A stretch of DNA of 32,000 bases from the NCBI RefSeq assembly GCF_002945325.1, contig NZ_CP026606.1, positions 1,620,001 through 1,652,000 on the forward strand. Reading direction: 5' to 3'. This document shows, one piece after another, positions 1 through 8,180 of this stretch (positions are counted from its first letter, which is position 1; every line of letters begins with the position of its first letter). A program made the translations under genes and the position numbers. This DNA is from Methanococcus maripaludis (GTDB lineage Archaea; AGJL01; Methanococci; Methanococcales; Methanococcaceae). The notes under the pieces were generated by a model. That model did not search any database and had not been told where the DNA came from. It saw nothing but the letters and a program-made list of their open reading frames with translations.

Positions 1-1181
1 TTAATGGGGGCTGTGACGTAACTACGATTGGCATGGTTCCAACTCCAGTTTTAGGTTATTCTGCAAAAGACTATGATTTGGGAATTATGATTACTGCATC
101 TCACAATCCACCTGAATACAACGGGATAAAGTTGTTTAATAAAAATGGAACTGCATTTGATCTTATGCAGGAAAAAAAACTTGAAGATATAATTAACAAT
201 GACGATTTTAATGAAGGTACCTGGGATAATATTGGCTGTATATTGGAAGACAAAACCGCAGTTAAAAAGTATTCTGAGTATATTTTACAAAGTTTGAATA
301 TAAATACGAATTTTAATGTTGTAGTTGATTGTGCAAACGCAGCAGGATGTGTGGTTTCTCCAACCATATTTACTGAAGCAGGTTGCAAAGTAATTTCTGT
401 AAATTCGCACTGTGATGGAAGATTTGTTGGAAGAATGCCTGAGCCAAATGAAACAAACTTGAAAGAAACCGTAGATATTATAAAAGGCTTAAATTCAAAC
501 GGTAGGAATTATATTGGGATTGCACATGATGGTGATGCTGACAGGATGATTGCAATTGATGAACTTGGAAGAGTTACCGATTTTGATAAACTTTTAGCGG
601 CATTTTGTAAATATCTGGTTCAAAAAACAGGTGCTGATAAAATTGTGACAACTGTTGATGCTTCAATGGCAATTGAGGAATATTTAAACGAATTTGGGGC
701 CAAAGTAATAAGGACAAAGATTGGAGATGTTGCAGTAGCTGAAGAACTTGAAAAAACAGGTGCTATTTTTGGAGGGGAACCTTCTGGAACGTGGATACAT
801 CGCGATATTCATTTAACGCCTGATGGAATTCTTTCGGGACTTAGGGTTTTAGAAATGATGGAATTTTACGGCAAAAAATTGCATGAAATTATTGATGAAG
901 TTCCGTCATACTATAATATGCGTGAAAAAATATCGTGCCAAGATAATTTAAAACAGGAAGTAATGGATTACATTTCAAAAGAAGGCGAAAAAATATTTGA
1001 AACGAAACCTGAAACTCTTGATGGGGTTAGATTTTCATTTGAAAAGGGCTGGATATTAATACGACCTTCAGGAACTGAAAGCTACGTTAGAGTTAGGGTT
1101 GAAGCAAAAGAAAAAGATTTTGCAGAAAAATTAATGAAAACAGGAATTTCAATGGTAAAAACAGGAATTTCTGGAAATTAG
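1..1181 (+). CDS. glmM: Phosphoglucosamine mutase / alpha-D-phosphohexomutase family, 5' end cut by window edge
   Basis: The frame is open from base 3 (NGGCDVTTIGMVPTPVL...), so ATG 33 is internal. The catalytic-serine loop ITASHNPPEYNGIK, Mg loop AHDGDADR, GGEPSG sugar loop and RPSGTE phosphate loop are all present. A GlmU-type gene follows 9 nt later, the GlmM-GlmU arrangement known for UDP-GlcNAc synthesis in Methanococcus. Confidence 0.9.
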   Translation, partial: NGGCDVTTIGMVPTPVLGYSAKDYDLGIMITASHNPPEYNGIKLFNKNGTAFDLMQEKKLEDIINNDDFNEGTWDNIGCILEDKTAVKKYSEYILQSLNINTNFNVVVDCANAAGCVVSPTIFTEAGCKVISVNSHCDGRFVGRMPEPNETNLKETVDIIKGLNSNGRNYIGIAHDGDADRMIAIDELGRVTDFDKLLAAFCKYLVQKTGADKIVTTVDASMAIEEYLNEFGAKVIRTKIGDVAVAEELEKTGAIFGGEPSGTWIHRDIHLTPDGILSGLRVLEMMEFYGKKLHEIIDEVPSYYNMREKISCQDNLKQEVMDYISKEGEKIFETKPETLDGVRFSFEKGWILIRPSGTESYVRVRVEAKEKDFAEKLMKTGISMVKTGISGN

Positions 1182-1190
1182 GGGGTTAAT

Positions 1191-2426
1191 ATGGATGCAA
1201 TAATATTATGTGCTGGAAAAGGAACTAGGTTACATCCAATAACGGAATCACGCCCAAAACCAATGATTCCAATTGCTGGAAAGCCTATATTGGAACACAT
1301 TATTGAAAAAATCGAAAACCACGTTGAAAAAATATATCTGATTGTAGGGTATCAAAAAGAAAAAATTATTGAATATTTCAAAGATAACCCAAAAATTGAA
1401 TATATTTTACAGGAAAAACAGCTTGGAACCGGGCACGCGGTTTTAACTGCTAAAAATTTCATAAAAAACGATTTTTTAGTTTTAAATGGGGATGTAATTT
1501 TCGAAGATTCAATCGATGAAATTTTAACTTATGAAAATGCAGTTAGCTTGTCAAAAGTAGACAATCCTGAAAATTTTGGTGTAATCGAACTTGGGTATGA
1601 TAACAAAGTAATAAATTTACTCGAAAAACCAAAAAAAGAAGAAATAACTTCAAATCTCATTAACGCAGGAATTTATAAACTTCAAAATAGCGTATTTGGA
1701 ATTTTAGAAAATCTTGTTCCCTCAGAACGTGGGGAAATCGAGCTGACTGACGCTTTGAAGACGTTGGTTGAAAACGGAAAACTTCACGGTGTTGAGTTAA
1801 AAGGTTACTGGAACGATATCGGTCATCCCTGGGATGTTTTAAGTGCAAACAATCACTTTTTAAATAAAATAATCTCAAAAGTTTCTGGAAAAATCGAAGA
1901 TAATGTATCGATTACAGGAAACGTTATGATTGAAGAAGGGGCAGTAATAAAATCAAATTCTGTAATTGAAGGGCCTGTAATTATAAAATCAGGTTCAATT
2001 GTTGGGCCTTTAGCATATATACGTCCAAATACTGTTTTGATGAATAATACGTTTGTTGGAAATTCTTCTGAAATTAAGGGAAGCATTATATTTGAAAACA
2101 CGAAAATCCCGCATCTTTCTTACGTTGGGGACAGTATAATTGGTGCAAACTGTAATTTCGGCTGCAACACGATAACCGCGAATTTGAGATTTGACGATAA
2201 ACCCGTAATTGTAAATATCAAAGGAAAACCCGTAAAAAGTGTCAGAAAACTTGGAGCAATAATTGGAGATTGCGTAAAAACCGGAATTCAGGTTTCGTTC
2301 ATGCCTGGTGTTAAAATTGGCAGCAACTCATTAATTGGCGCAAATTGTCTAATTGATCGAGATATTGATCAGGATAGTTTTGTTTATAAAAAGGACGAAC
2401 TTGTAATTACTAAAAAGAGGAATTAA
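1191..2426 (+). CDS. glmU: Bifunctional sugar-1-phosphate nucleotidylyltransferase / acetyltransferase (archaeal GlmU type)
   Basis: N-terminal nucleotidyltransferase signature ILCAGKGTRLHPIT. The C-terminal third is built from left-handed beta-helix hexapeptide repeats (ITGNVMIEEGAVIKSNSVIEGPVIIKSGSIVG...). A GGGGG Shine-Dalgarno lies just upstream of the ATG. Confidence 0.85.
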   Translation: MDAIILCAGKGTRLHPITESRPKPMIPIAGKPILEHIIEKIENHVEKIYLIVGYQKEKIIEYFKDNPKIEYILQEKQLGTGHAVLTAKNFIKNDFLVLNGDVIFEDSIDEILTYENAVSLSKVDNPENFGVIELGYDNKVINLLEKPKKEEITSNLINAGIYKLQNSVFGILENLVPSERGEIELTDALKTLVENGKLHGVELKGYWNDIGHPWDVLSANNHFLNKIISKVSGKIEDNVSITGNVMIEEGAVIKSNSVIEGPVIIKSGSIVGPLAYIRPNTVLMNNTFVGNSSEIKGSIIFENTKIPHLSYVGDSIIGANCNFGCNTITANLRFDDKPVIVNIKGKPVKSVRKLGAIIGDCVKTGIQVSFMPGVKIGSNSLIGANCLIDRDIDQDSFVYKKDELVITKKRN

Positions 2427-2427
2427 C

Positions 2428-2898
2428 ATGATAATTGGACCGAATATCACGAAAGATTTTTTATCTGATTTAAAAGAAGGTCAGCTTCAGCAGTGCGGGG
2501 TTGATTTAAAACTCGATAAAATTTATAAAATCGAAGGAAAAGGGGCGATTGATTTTTCAAATGAAAAACGGGTTCTTCCAGAACATGTTTTAATTTTTGA
2601 TTCAGAAAAGGATGAAAAAATTGACCTCGAATGCGGAATATATATTGTAAAAATTAAAGAAAAAATGAATATTCCTGAAAACATGGCCGGTTTTGCATAT
2701 CCTAGAAGTACGCTTCTTAGAATGGGTGTAACGCTTTATACTGCAGTGCACGATCCTGGATACGAAGGTTATGCAAGCTATTTAATGCATGTAATGAATC
2801 CTGTAACGATGTATAAATACGCTAAAATTGCACAGATTGTTTTTTCCGAAGTTAAAGATGGAAATGGAACTTACAACGGAATATATCACAAAAAATAA
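2428..2898 (+). CDS. dut: dUTP diphosphatase of the dCTP-deaminase/dUTPase fold (156 aa)
   Basis: PRSTLLRMG and VHDPGYEGY motifs of the archaeal dCTP deaminase/dUTPase superfamily. The size matches the short dUTPase form rather than the about 200-aa deaminase. The ATG lies 1 nt after the glmU-type stop (TAA C ATG). Confidence 0.8.
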   Translation: MIIGPNITKDFLSDLKEGQLQQCGVDLKLDKIYKIEGKGAIDFSNEKRVLPEHVLIFDSEKDEKIDLECGIYIVKIKEKMNIPENMAGFAYPRSTLLRMGVTLYTAVHDPGYEGYASYLMHVMNPVTMYKYAKIAQIVFSEVKDGNGTYNGIYHKK

Positions 2899-2910
2899 TA
2901 AAAATGGAAG

Positions 2911-2921
2911 TTTCTTTTTTT
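2911..2921 (+). terminator. Oligo-T tract (TTTCTTTTTTT) downstream of dut
   Basis: Archaeal intrinsic terminators are oligo-T runs. A T7 run lies 13 nt after the stop codon, at the end of a three-gene co-directional string. Confidence 0.4.
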
Positions 2922-2965
2922 CAAACTTTTTAAAAAAATTTTAAAAGGATTAATTATTTTTTAAA

Positions 2966-3214
2966 TTATTCATCAAGTCTTTGTGTTCTTCTAACTGTAA
3001 ATGCGAAAAATGCAGGTAAAACCGCTCCACCTAAAATTGCTTCTGTTAATGCAACATCTGGTGCAAGTAATGAGCTGAAAAGGAATGCAAGTCCAAGTCC
3101 GCCAAGTCCTGTTAAAACAACACACTTAATTAAGTCTTTTTGAATCAAAGCACCGATGTATGACATTAAAACGAGTGCCATTATCAAAAAATCAATATAA
3201 ATACTCATTTTCAC
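2966..3214 (-). CDS. ehbD: Small integral membrane protein, MbhD/DUF4040 (MnhB N-terminal)-like subunit of an Mrp-type/energy-converting hydrogenase membrane arm; candidate EhbD
   Basis: Three predicted TM helices. The LLAPDVALTEAILGGAVL...FTVRRTQ stretch matches the APDVALTEA core I remember for DUF4040/MbhD. It starts 3 nt after the preceding MnhG-like gene. Assignment to Ehb rests on remembered reports that M. maripaludis ehb genes are dispersed in small pairs. Confidence 0.6.
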   Translation of the reverse strand: MKMSIYIDFLIMALVLMSYIGALIQKDLIKCVVLTGLGGLGLAFLFSSLLAPDVALTEAILGGAVLPAFFAFTVRRTQRLDE

Positions 3215-3217
3215 ACC

Positions 3218-3472
3218 TTACTGCTTTTTTAATTCATCGAAGTAGTCTGCATTAGCTATTGCATGTGCTGAGAATGGAACTAACACGAGATATGTTAAAG
3301 CAAGCAAATACTGTCTGAATACAAGCAATATCACGATACATGCGATATCAATAACCCCCGTTATATGGAGCCTTGCATAAACCATTTTTTCACGGTCTTT
3401 TTCAACCCAGAGCCTAAATGATGCTAACAATATCCCAATAGACGCAATTATTAGTACAATATCGTCAAACAT
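3218..3472 (-). CDS. ehbC: Small integral membrane protein, MnhG/MbhC-like subunit; candidate EhbC
   Basis: 84 aa with 3 TM helices. It has the ARLHITGVID motif (compare MnhG RLHAxxKxxTLG) and C-terminal PFSAHAIANADY (compare MnhG PxxAHxIARAA). It is co-directional with and 3 nt upstream of the DUF4040-like gene. Confidence 0.6.
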   Translation of the reverse strand: MFDDIVLIIASIGILLASFRLWVEKDREKMVYARLHITGVIDIACIVILLVFRQYLLALTYLVLVPFSAHAIANADYFDELKKQ

Positions 3473-3671
3473 GAATTCACCAATTATATCAAAGATTTTT
3501 TAAAGATTAGGCAGATTTATTAATACAATTACCACTTAATCTGTATTCAACAATAATTTAAACGAGTAAACAGGATAGATTACATATATAATATCGACAA
3601 CAGAAATAATAACAATAATAATGATTAATCATTATAATTCTTGATTATATATAATTATCTAAGGTGATTTT

Positions 3672-4799
3672 GTGATTGCAGAAAGGTGTTTGAGAACTGA
3701 ACAGTCTGAAATTCGTAAGATATTTAACATGGCAACAGAAAACTCGATAAATTTAGGGATTGGAGAGCCTGATTTTGATACTCCAAAGCATATCGTAGAA
3801 GCTGCTAAATTAGCTCTTGATGCTGGAAAAACGCACTACGTTCCAAATGCAGGAATCCCAGAATTAACTTCTGCAATTTCTGAAAAGTTGAAAAAAGATA
3901 ATAACTTAGATGTTTCCCAAAAAAACATTGTTACAACATGCGGAGCTTCTGAAGCACTCATGCTTTCATTATTTACTCTTGTAAACCGCGGTGAAGAAGT
4001 TTTAATTCCTGATCCCGGTTTTGTGTCCTACAAAGGGCTGACTGAACTTTGTGAAGGGAAAATGGTTCCAATTGATCTGGACGATAAATTTAGGATTGAT
4101 TTGGAATCTGTAAAAAACAGTATTTCTGAAAAAACAAAATGCATTGTTTTAAATTCGCCGTCAAACCCGACCGGAAGTGTGATGACGAAAGAAGAGATTA
4201 AAGGAATCTGTGAAATTGCAGAAGAAAAAAATATCTGCGTAATTTCTGATGAAATATACGAAAAGATAATTTATGGAAAAAAACACTATTCTGCAATGGA
4301 ATTTACTGAAAACTGTATATTAATTAATGGTTTTTCAAAAGCTTACTCAATGACTGGCTGGAGAGTCGGATACTTGGCAGTAAATGAAAATTTTGATAAA
4401 AAATACCAGATACTCGAAAACATGATGAAAATCCACCAGTACGGTTTTGCATGTGCAACATCATTCGCACAGTTTGGTGCAGTTGAAGCACTTAATGGGG
4501 ACCAAGTTTGCGTTTCAGAAATGGTGGCAGAATTTGAAAGAAGAAGAGATTTAATTTATTCAGGAATGAAAGAGATATTTAGCGTTCAAAAGCCAGAAGG
4601 GGCATTTTATATATTCCCTGACGTTAGCGAATATGGTAACGGAATGGATGTAGCAAAAAAACTCATTCAAAACGGAATTTTATGCGTTCCAGGTTCAGCC
4701 TTTGGTAAAAATGGCGAAAACAGCGTAAGATTCTCATACGCTACAAAATATGAAGACATAAAACGAGCATTAGAAATTATGAAAAACGTTCTTCTTTAA
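3672..4799 (+). CDS. Class I/II PLP-dependent aminotransferase (aspartate aminotransferase-like)
   Basis: PLP-lysine motif NGFSKAYSMTGWRVGY, plus LNSPSNPTG and GEPDFDTP motifs. GTG start at 3672 with a perfect GGTGAT RBS at 3663-3668. Confidence 0.85.
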   Translation: MIAERCLRTEQSEIRKIFNMATENSINLGIGEPDFDTPKHIVEAAKLALDAGKTHYVPNAGIPELTSAISEKLKKDNNLDVSQKNIVTTCGASEALMLSLFTLVNRGEEVLIPDPGFVSYKGLTELCEGKMVPIDLDDKFRIDLESVKNSISEKTKCIVLNSPSNPTGSVMTKEEIKGICEIAEEKNICVISDEIYEKIIYGKKHYSAMEFTENCILINGFSKAYSMTGWRVGYLAVNENFDKKYQILENMMKIHQYGFACATSFAQFGAVEALNGDQVCVSEMVAEFERRRDLIYSGMKEIFSVQKPEGAFYIFPDVSEYGNGMDVAKKLIQNGILCVPGSAFGKNGENSVRFSYATKYEDIKRALEIMKNVLL

Positions 4800-4812
4800 T
4801 TGAGATGATACA

Positions 4813-5232
4813 ATGATAATCAAGATAAAAACAAAGGTAAAACCAACCGAAGATGAAAATAAGGTTTTAAAAGCAGTAACAAACATATTTGCTGACGCAG
4901 AAATGGAAATTTCTGAAAATATCTATACTGGGGTTTCAAAAGATATTTCAAGATTTAAGGAACTTCTTAGAAGTCAGGCAATTTTGGATGCTGCAAGAAA
5001 CGTTCTTGAAAGAAATATTGTTGGAAATGCAACGAAATTTCATATAAACAAACAGGCAGCGTATTCAGGAATTTTAAACTTTGATAAGGATGTTCACGGC
5101 GGAATAAAGCTTGAATTTGTTTCTGAAGAAGATGAAGATATAATGAAATTGATTAAAGACATTGCGCCAAGAACAAGGGATGGCATCATAATTAACGAAG
5201 ATGAAGAAGCAATAGAAAAGAAAAATGAATAA
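4813..5232 (+). CDS. Conserved archaeal small protein (UPF0201-like, predicted RNA-binding fold) with acidic tail
   Basis: 139-aa ORF, 13 nt after the aminotransferase stop. The sequence pattern resembles the UPF0201/COG1931 family as I remember it; function unknown. Confidence 0.65.
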   Translation: MIIKIKTKVKPTEDENKVLKAVTNIFADAEMEISENIYTGVSKDISRFKELLRSQAILDAARNVLERNIVGNATKFHINKQAAYSGILNFDKDVHGGIKLEFVSEEDEDIMKLIKDIAPRTRDGIIINEDEEAIEKKNE

Positions 5233-5328
5233 TCTTTAAATTTTTTAAATTAATTATTTTTTAGTTAAACTTATATTTTTTTAAATCATAAATTTATACT
5301 TACATTATTACATTTGGTGAGAATCGTG

Positions 5329-5946
5329 ATGAGATACGTAGCATACAAAATACACCCGCAGGAATTTGCAGAAAACGAAATTTTTGAAAAATCGCTTATT
5401 TTAGATGGAAAAAGAATCCACAGGGTCAGGTTACTTGGAAATGTCAGTAATGTCGACAAATCAAACATTGTTTCATTCGAACTTGATGGAATTTCCGTAA
5501 AAGATTTTGAAAATAAATCATTAGACGTCGAAGAAAACGATTTATTAGACGTTGTTGGAAGAATCGGAGAATACAACGGTGAAAGATACGTTGCACTCGA
5601 AGTTTACAGCAAAAAAAATGAAAATAAAGATAAATGGATCGAACTTAGAAATTTAGAAATTGAAAAAACTAGGAATTATATAAAAGACGAAGAAACAATC
5701 ACCTACAACCGTGAAGAAATGTCTGGTGAACTTTCAATTGAAAGTGAAGCTTTAGAGGATCTTTACGGCGATTTAGATGTTAAAGATAAAATTTTGGATA
5801 TTATACGGGAAAATGATGGGATTACATATGAAGATTTAATTGATAATTCTGGGCTTGAAGATGTTGAACTTGACAACGTTTTGTCAGAATTAAAAGAAGA
5901 TGGGGAAATTTACGAGCCAAATCCTGGAAGTTACAGGATATTGTAA
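5329..5946 (+). CDS. OB-fold plus C-terminal winged-helix protein (RPA32/Stn1-like architecture)
   Basis: N-terminal OB-like segment (RVRLLGNVSNV...DVVGRIGEYNGERYVALEVY), an acidic linker, and a C-terminal wH (ILDIIRENDGITYEDLIDNSGLEDVELDNVLSELKEDGEIYEP). GGTGAG RBS at 5316-5321. ATG 5329 (or GTG 5326) is preferred over the track start at 5314. Confidence 0.7.
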   Translation: MRYVAYKIHPQEFAENEIFEKSLILDGKRIHRVRLLGNVSNVDKSNIVSFELDGISVKDFENKSLDVEENDLLDVVGRIGEYNGERYVALEVYSKKNENKDKWIELRNLEIEKTRNYIKDEETITYNREEMSGELSIESEALEDLYGDLDVKDKILDIIRENDGITYEDLIDNSGLEDVELDNVLSELKEDGEIYEPNPGSYRIL

Positions 5947-5977
5947 TTTAATTTATTATTTTTTTGGAGGGGTACGT

Positions 5978-6904
5978 TTGAAAAAGATATATTACTATTC
6001 AATCGCAGTATTTTTGATAATTGCAATTTTAATGGTCGGACTCTTGGTTTTTGTATCTTCTGACGGAATATCGTCTAAAAATATTGCACTTATTAATATA
6101 GATGGAACAATAACACTTGAAAGTTCAGATTCTGGACTTTTTAGCTCAATTCAACCAGGGGTAAATGATTACGTGGAATGGTTAGATGACGCAGAGAATA
6201 ATGATAATATCAAAGCAGTAATTATAAAAATAAATTCACCGGGCGGAGGGGCTGTTGCAAGTGAAAAACTTTCCCGAAAAATAAAAGAAGTTTCCGAAAA
6301 AAAGCCGGTTGTTGCATACATCGAAAATATGGGTGCATCTGCAGCATACCAAGCTGCTTCATCAACTAATTATATCGTTGCAGAAAGACAGGCAGTTGTT
6401 GGAAGTATCGGTGTTAGGATGGAATTAATACACTACTACGGTTTAATGGAAAAACTTGGAATTAATACAACCAGCATAACTGGTGGAAAATATAAAGATA
6501 TCGGAACACCAACAAGGTCAATGACTGAAGAAGAGTATGCAATGCTTGAATCAATGGTCAATGAAAGTTACTACGAATTTGTGTCATGGGTTGCTGAAAA
6601 CAGGAACATGACGATAAATGAAACTTTAGAAGTTGCGGATGGTAAAATTTACAGCGGTACACAAGCTCAAAAAGTAGGGCTTGTTGATATGACTGGAACT
6701 GAAGATGATGCAGTTGATATGGCCGTAAAATTAGGAAATATTACGAATCCTGACATTTATGAATATGGTGAAACTTCAACTGTTAGTTTATTTGGAATGA
6801 CATTTAATGACTGCTTATACAGTTTTGGATATGGTCTTGGAATGGGCCTTTCTGAAAATTTAAATACAGAAGAAAGCTTTAAATCTTACCAGGTTTATTA
6901 TTGA
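5978..6904 (+). CDS. sppA: Signal peptide peptidase SppA (S49 family), membrane anchored
   Basis: S49 motifs INSPGGGAVAS and the catalytic-serine region NMGASAAYQAASS, with an N-terminal TM helix (IAVFLIIAILMVGLLVFV). TTG start at 5978 lies 5 nt after a GGAGGGG RBS. The track's 5900 start would overlap the upstream gene. Confidence 0.85.
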   Translation: MKKIYYYSIAVFLIIAILMVGLLVFVSSDGISSKNIALINIDGTITLESSDSGLFSSIQPGVNDYVEWLDDAENNDNIKAVIIKINSPGGGAVASEKLSRKIKEVSEKKPVVAYIENMGASAAYQAASSTNYIVAERQAVVGSIGVRMELIHYYGLMEKLGINTTSITGGKYKDIGTPTRSMTEEEYAMLESMVNESYYEFVSWVAENRNMTINETLEVADGKIYSGTQAQKVGLVDMTGTEDDAVDMAVKLGNITNPDIYEYGETSTVSLFGMTFNDCLYSFGYGLGMGLSENLNTEESFKSYQVYY

Positions 6905-6947
6905 TAAACTTAATAAAACACGCTTTTTCTTTTTTATGGTGAGAAAT

Positions 6948-7904
6948 ATGCTTATTGAATCGGTTCTTTTTTTAGCAGCAGGTTTATTCATGCTATCCTA
7001 TGGTAGTGATTGGTTTGTTTTAGGTGCTTCACGCGTTGCAAAACAGTTTAACATTTCGAGTTTTGTAATTGGGGCTACAATTGTTGCATTTGGAACGTCA
7101 CTTCCTGAAATTGTAACAAGTGCATACGCTGCATCCACAGGTTCCGTTGAACTGGCAGTTGGAAATGCCCTTGGAAGTTGTATTGCAAATATCGGGCTAG
7201 TACTTGGTCTAAGCTTGATAATTTCCACAGTATTTATTAAAAATAGGTCTGTTCTTAAAAACGGTTATTTATACATAATTTACACGATAATTTTTACTGC
7301 AATCGGATATAACGGGTTTTCATTCTTTGACGGTATATTTTTACTGTTTTTACTTTTAGTTTATATAATATATACTATAAAATCCGGTGAAATGGACGAC
7401 GAAGAGCATGAAAAAAGTATAACGTTTAAAAAAGCAATAATTTACCTTTTAATAGGCCTATTACTCGTAATATTGGGAAGTAGTTTCTTTGTCGACGGTG
7501 CAAAAGGTCTTGCAAGTGCTTTTGGAGTTTCTGAAAAAATTATTGGATTTACAATCGTTGCATTTGGAACGTCACTTCCTGAACTTTCGGTTTCATTTGC
7601 TGCAGCAAGGCAGAAACTTGGTGGAATTGTTATTGGAAATGTGATTGGAAGTAATATTGCAAACATGTTTGGGGCTCTTGCAATTGCATCAATTATCCAT
7701 GAAATTCCGGCAGTTAAATTTGAGCTTTCAGTTAATATTTTGATGGTACTTTTGCTGGTAGCAATGATGAGTAAGGAAAAACTAAAAACACTATTGAAAT
7801 TAAACTCTACAAAAGAGTATCTGTCAAAAATTACAAAAGCAGATGGTTTAATTTTGATATTAATCTATCTTTTATTCGTTTTAGGGCTTACAGGACTCTT
7901 TTAA
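6948..7904 (+). CDS. CaCA-family Na+/Ca2+ exchanger (YrbG / NCX_Mj type)
   Basis: Two alpha-repeat signatures, GTSLPEIVTS and GTSLPELSVS, lie in two 5-TM halves separated by an acidic loop (GEMDDEEHEK). ATG 6948 is preceded by GGTGAG. Confidence 0.85.
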   Translation: MLIESVLFLAAGLFMLSYGSDWFVLGASRVAKQFNISSFVIGATIVAFGTSLPEIVTSAYAASTGSVELAVGNALGSCIANIGLVLGLSLIISTVFIKNRSVLKNGYLYIIYTIIFTAIGYNGFSFFDGIFLLFLLLVYIIYTIKSGEMDDEEHEKSITFKKAIIYLLIGLLLVILGSSFFVDGAKGLASAFGVSEKIIGFTIVAFGTSLPELSVSFAAARQKLGGIVIGNVIGSNIANMFGALAIASIIHEIPAVKFELSVNILMVLLLVAMMSKEKLKTLLKLNSTKEYLSKITKADGLILILIYLLFVLGLTGLF

Positions 7905-7905
7905 A

Positions 7906-7927
7906 TTTTCTTTTTTTATTATTTTTT
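7906..7927 (+). terminator. Oligo-T tracts after the exchanger gene
   Basis: TTTTCTTTTTTTATTATTTTTT begins 2 nt after the stop codon. Confidence 0.4.
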
Positions 7928-8080
7928 CAATTTTAAAGCTGTATACCATACAACTTTTTTAAATCACCTTTTTTACCAATTATTTCTAAAAATCGTCGTT
8001 AAAAATATAAATTAGAAAAATCATAACTCTCGAGTATTCAATACATTTTAACACTAATCGAAAATGTTCGGGGTGAACAC

Positions 8081-8180
8081 TTGATAAAAAAAATGTCTAT
8101 TACTATGTTTACTGCTTTTTGCAGTAGGAAATGTTAATGCGGCAGAGATATCCGATTATTCAAATCAGACTGATGTTGAT
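8081..8180 (+). other. Frameshifted 5' end of the surface-protein gene: TTG start plus RBS, A8 tract, then an out-of-frame signal peptide
   Basis: GGGTGA RBS (8071-8076) and TTG (8081) open a frame that stops after 18 codons (TAA 8135-8137). The frame of the 1028-aa ORF is open from 8088 and encodes KKCLLLCLLLFAVGNVNAAEISDYSNQTDVD with no start codon of its own. Deleting one A from the A8 run at 8086-8093 joins the two. Confidence 0.75.

Noticed and set aside
5900-5977. 5' extension of the sppA ORF overlapping the end of the upstream OB-fold gene
   Set aside because: A TTG at 5978 sits 5 nt after a strong GGAGGGG RBS and immediately precedes the TM anchor. The extension has no RBS and overlaps the previous CDS by 47 nt.
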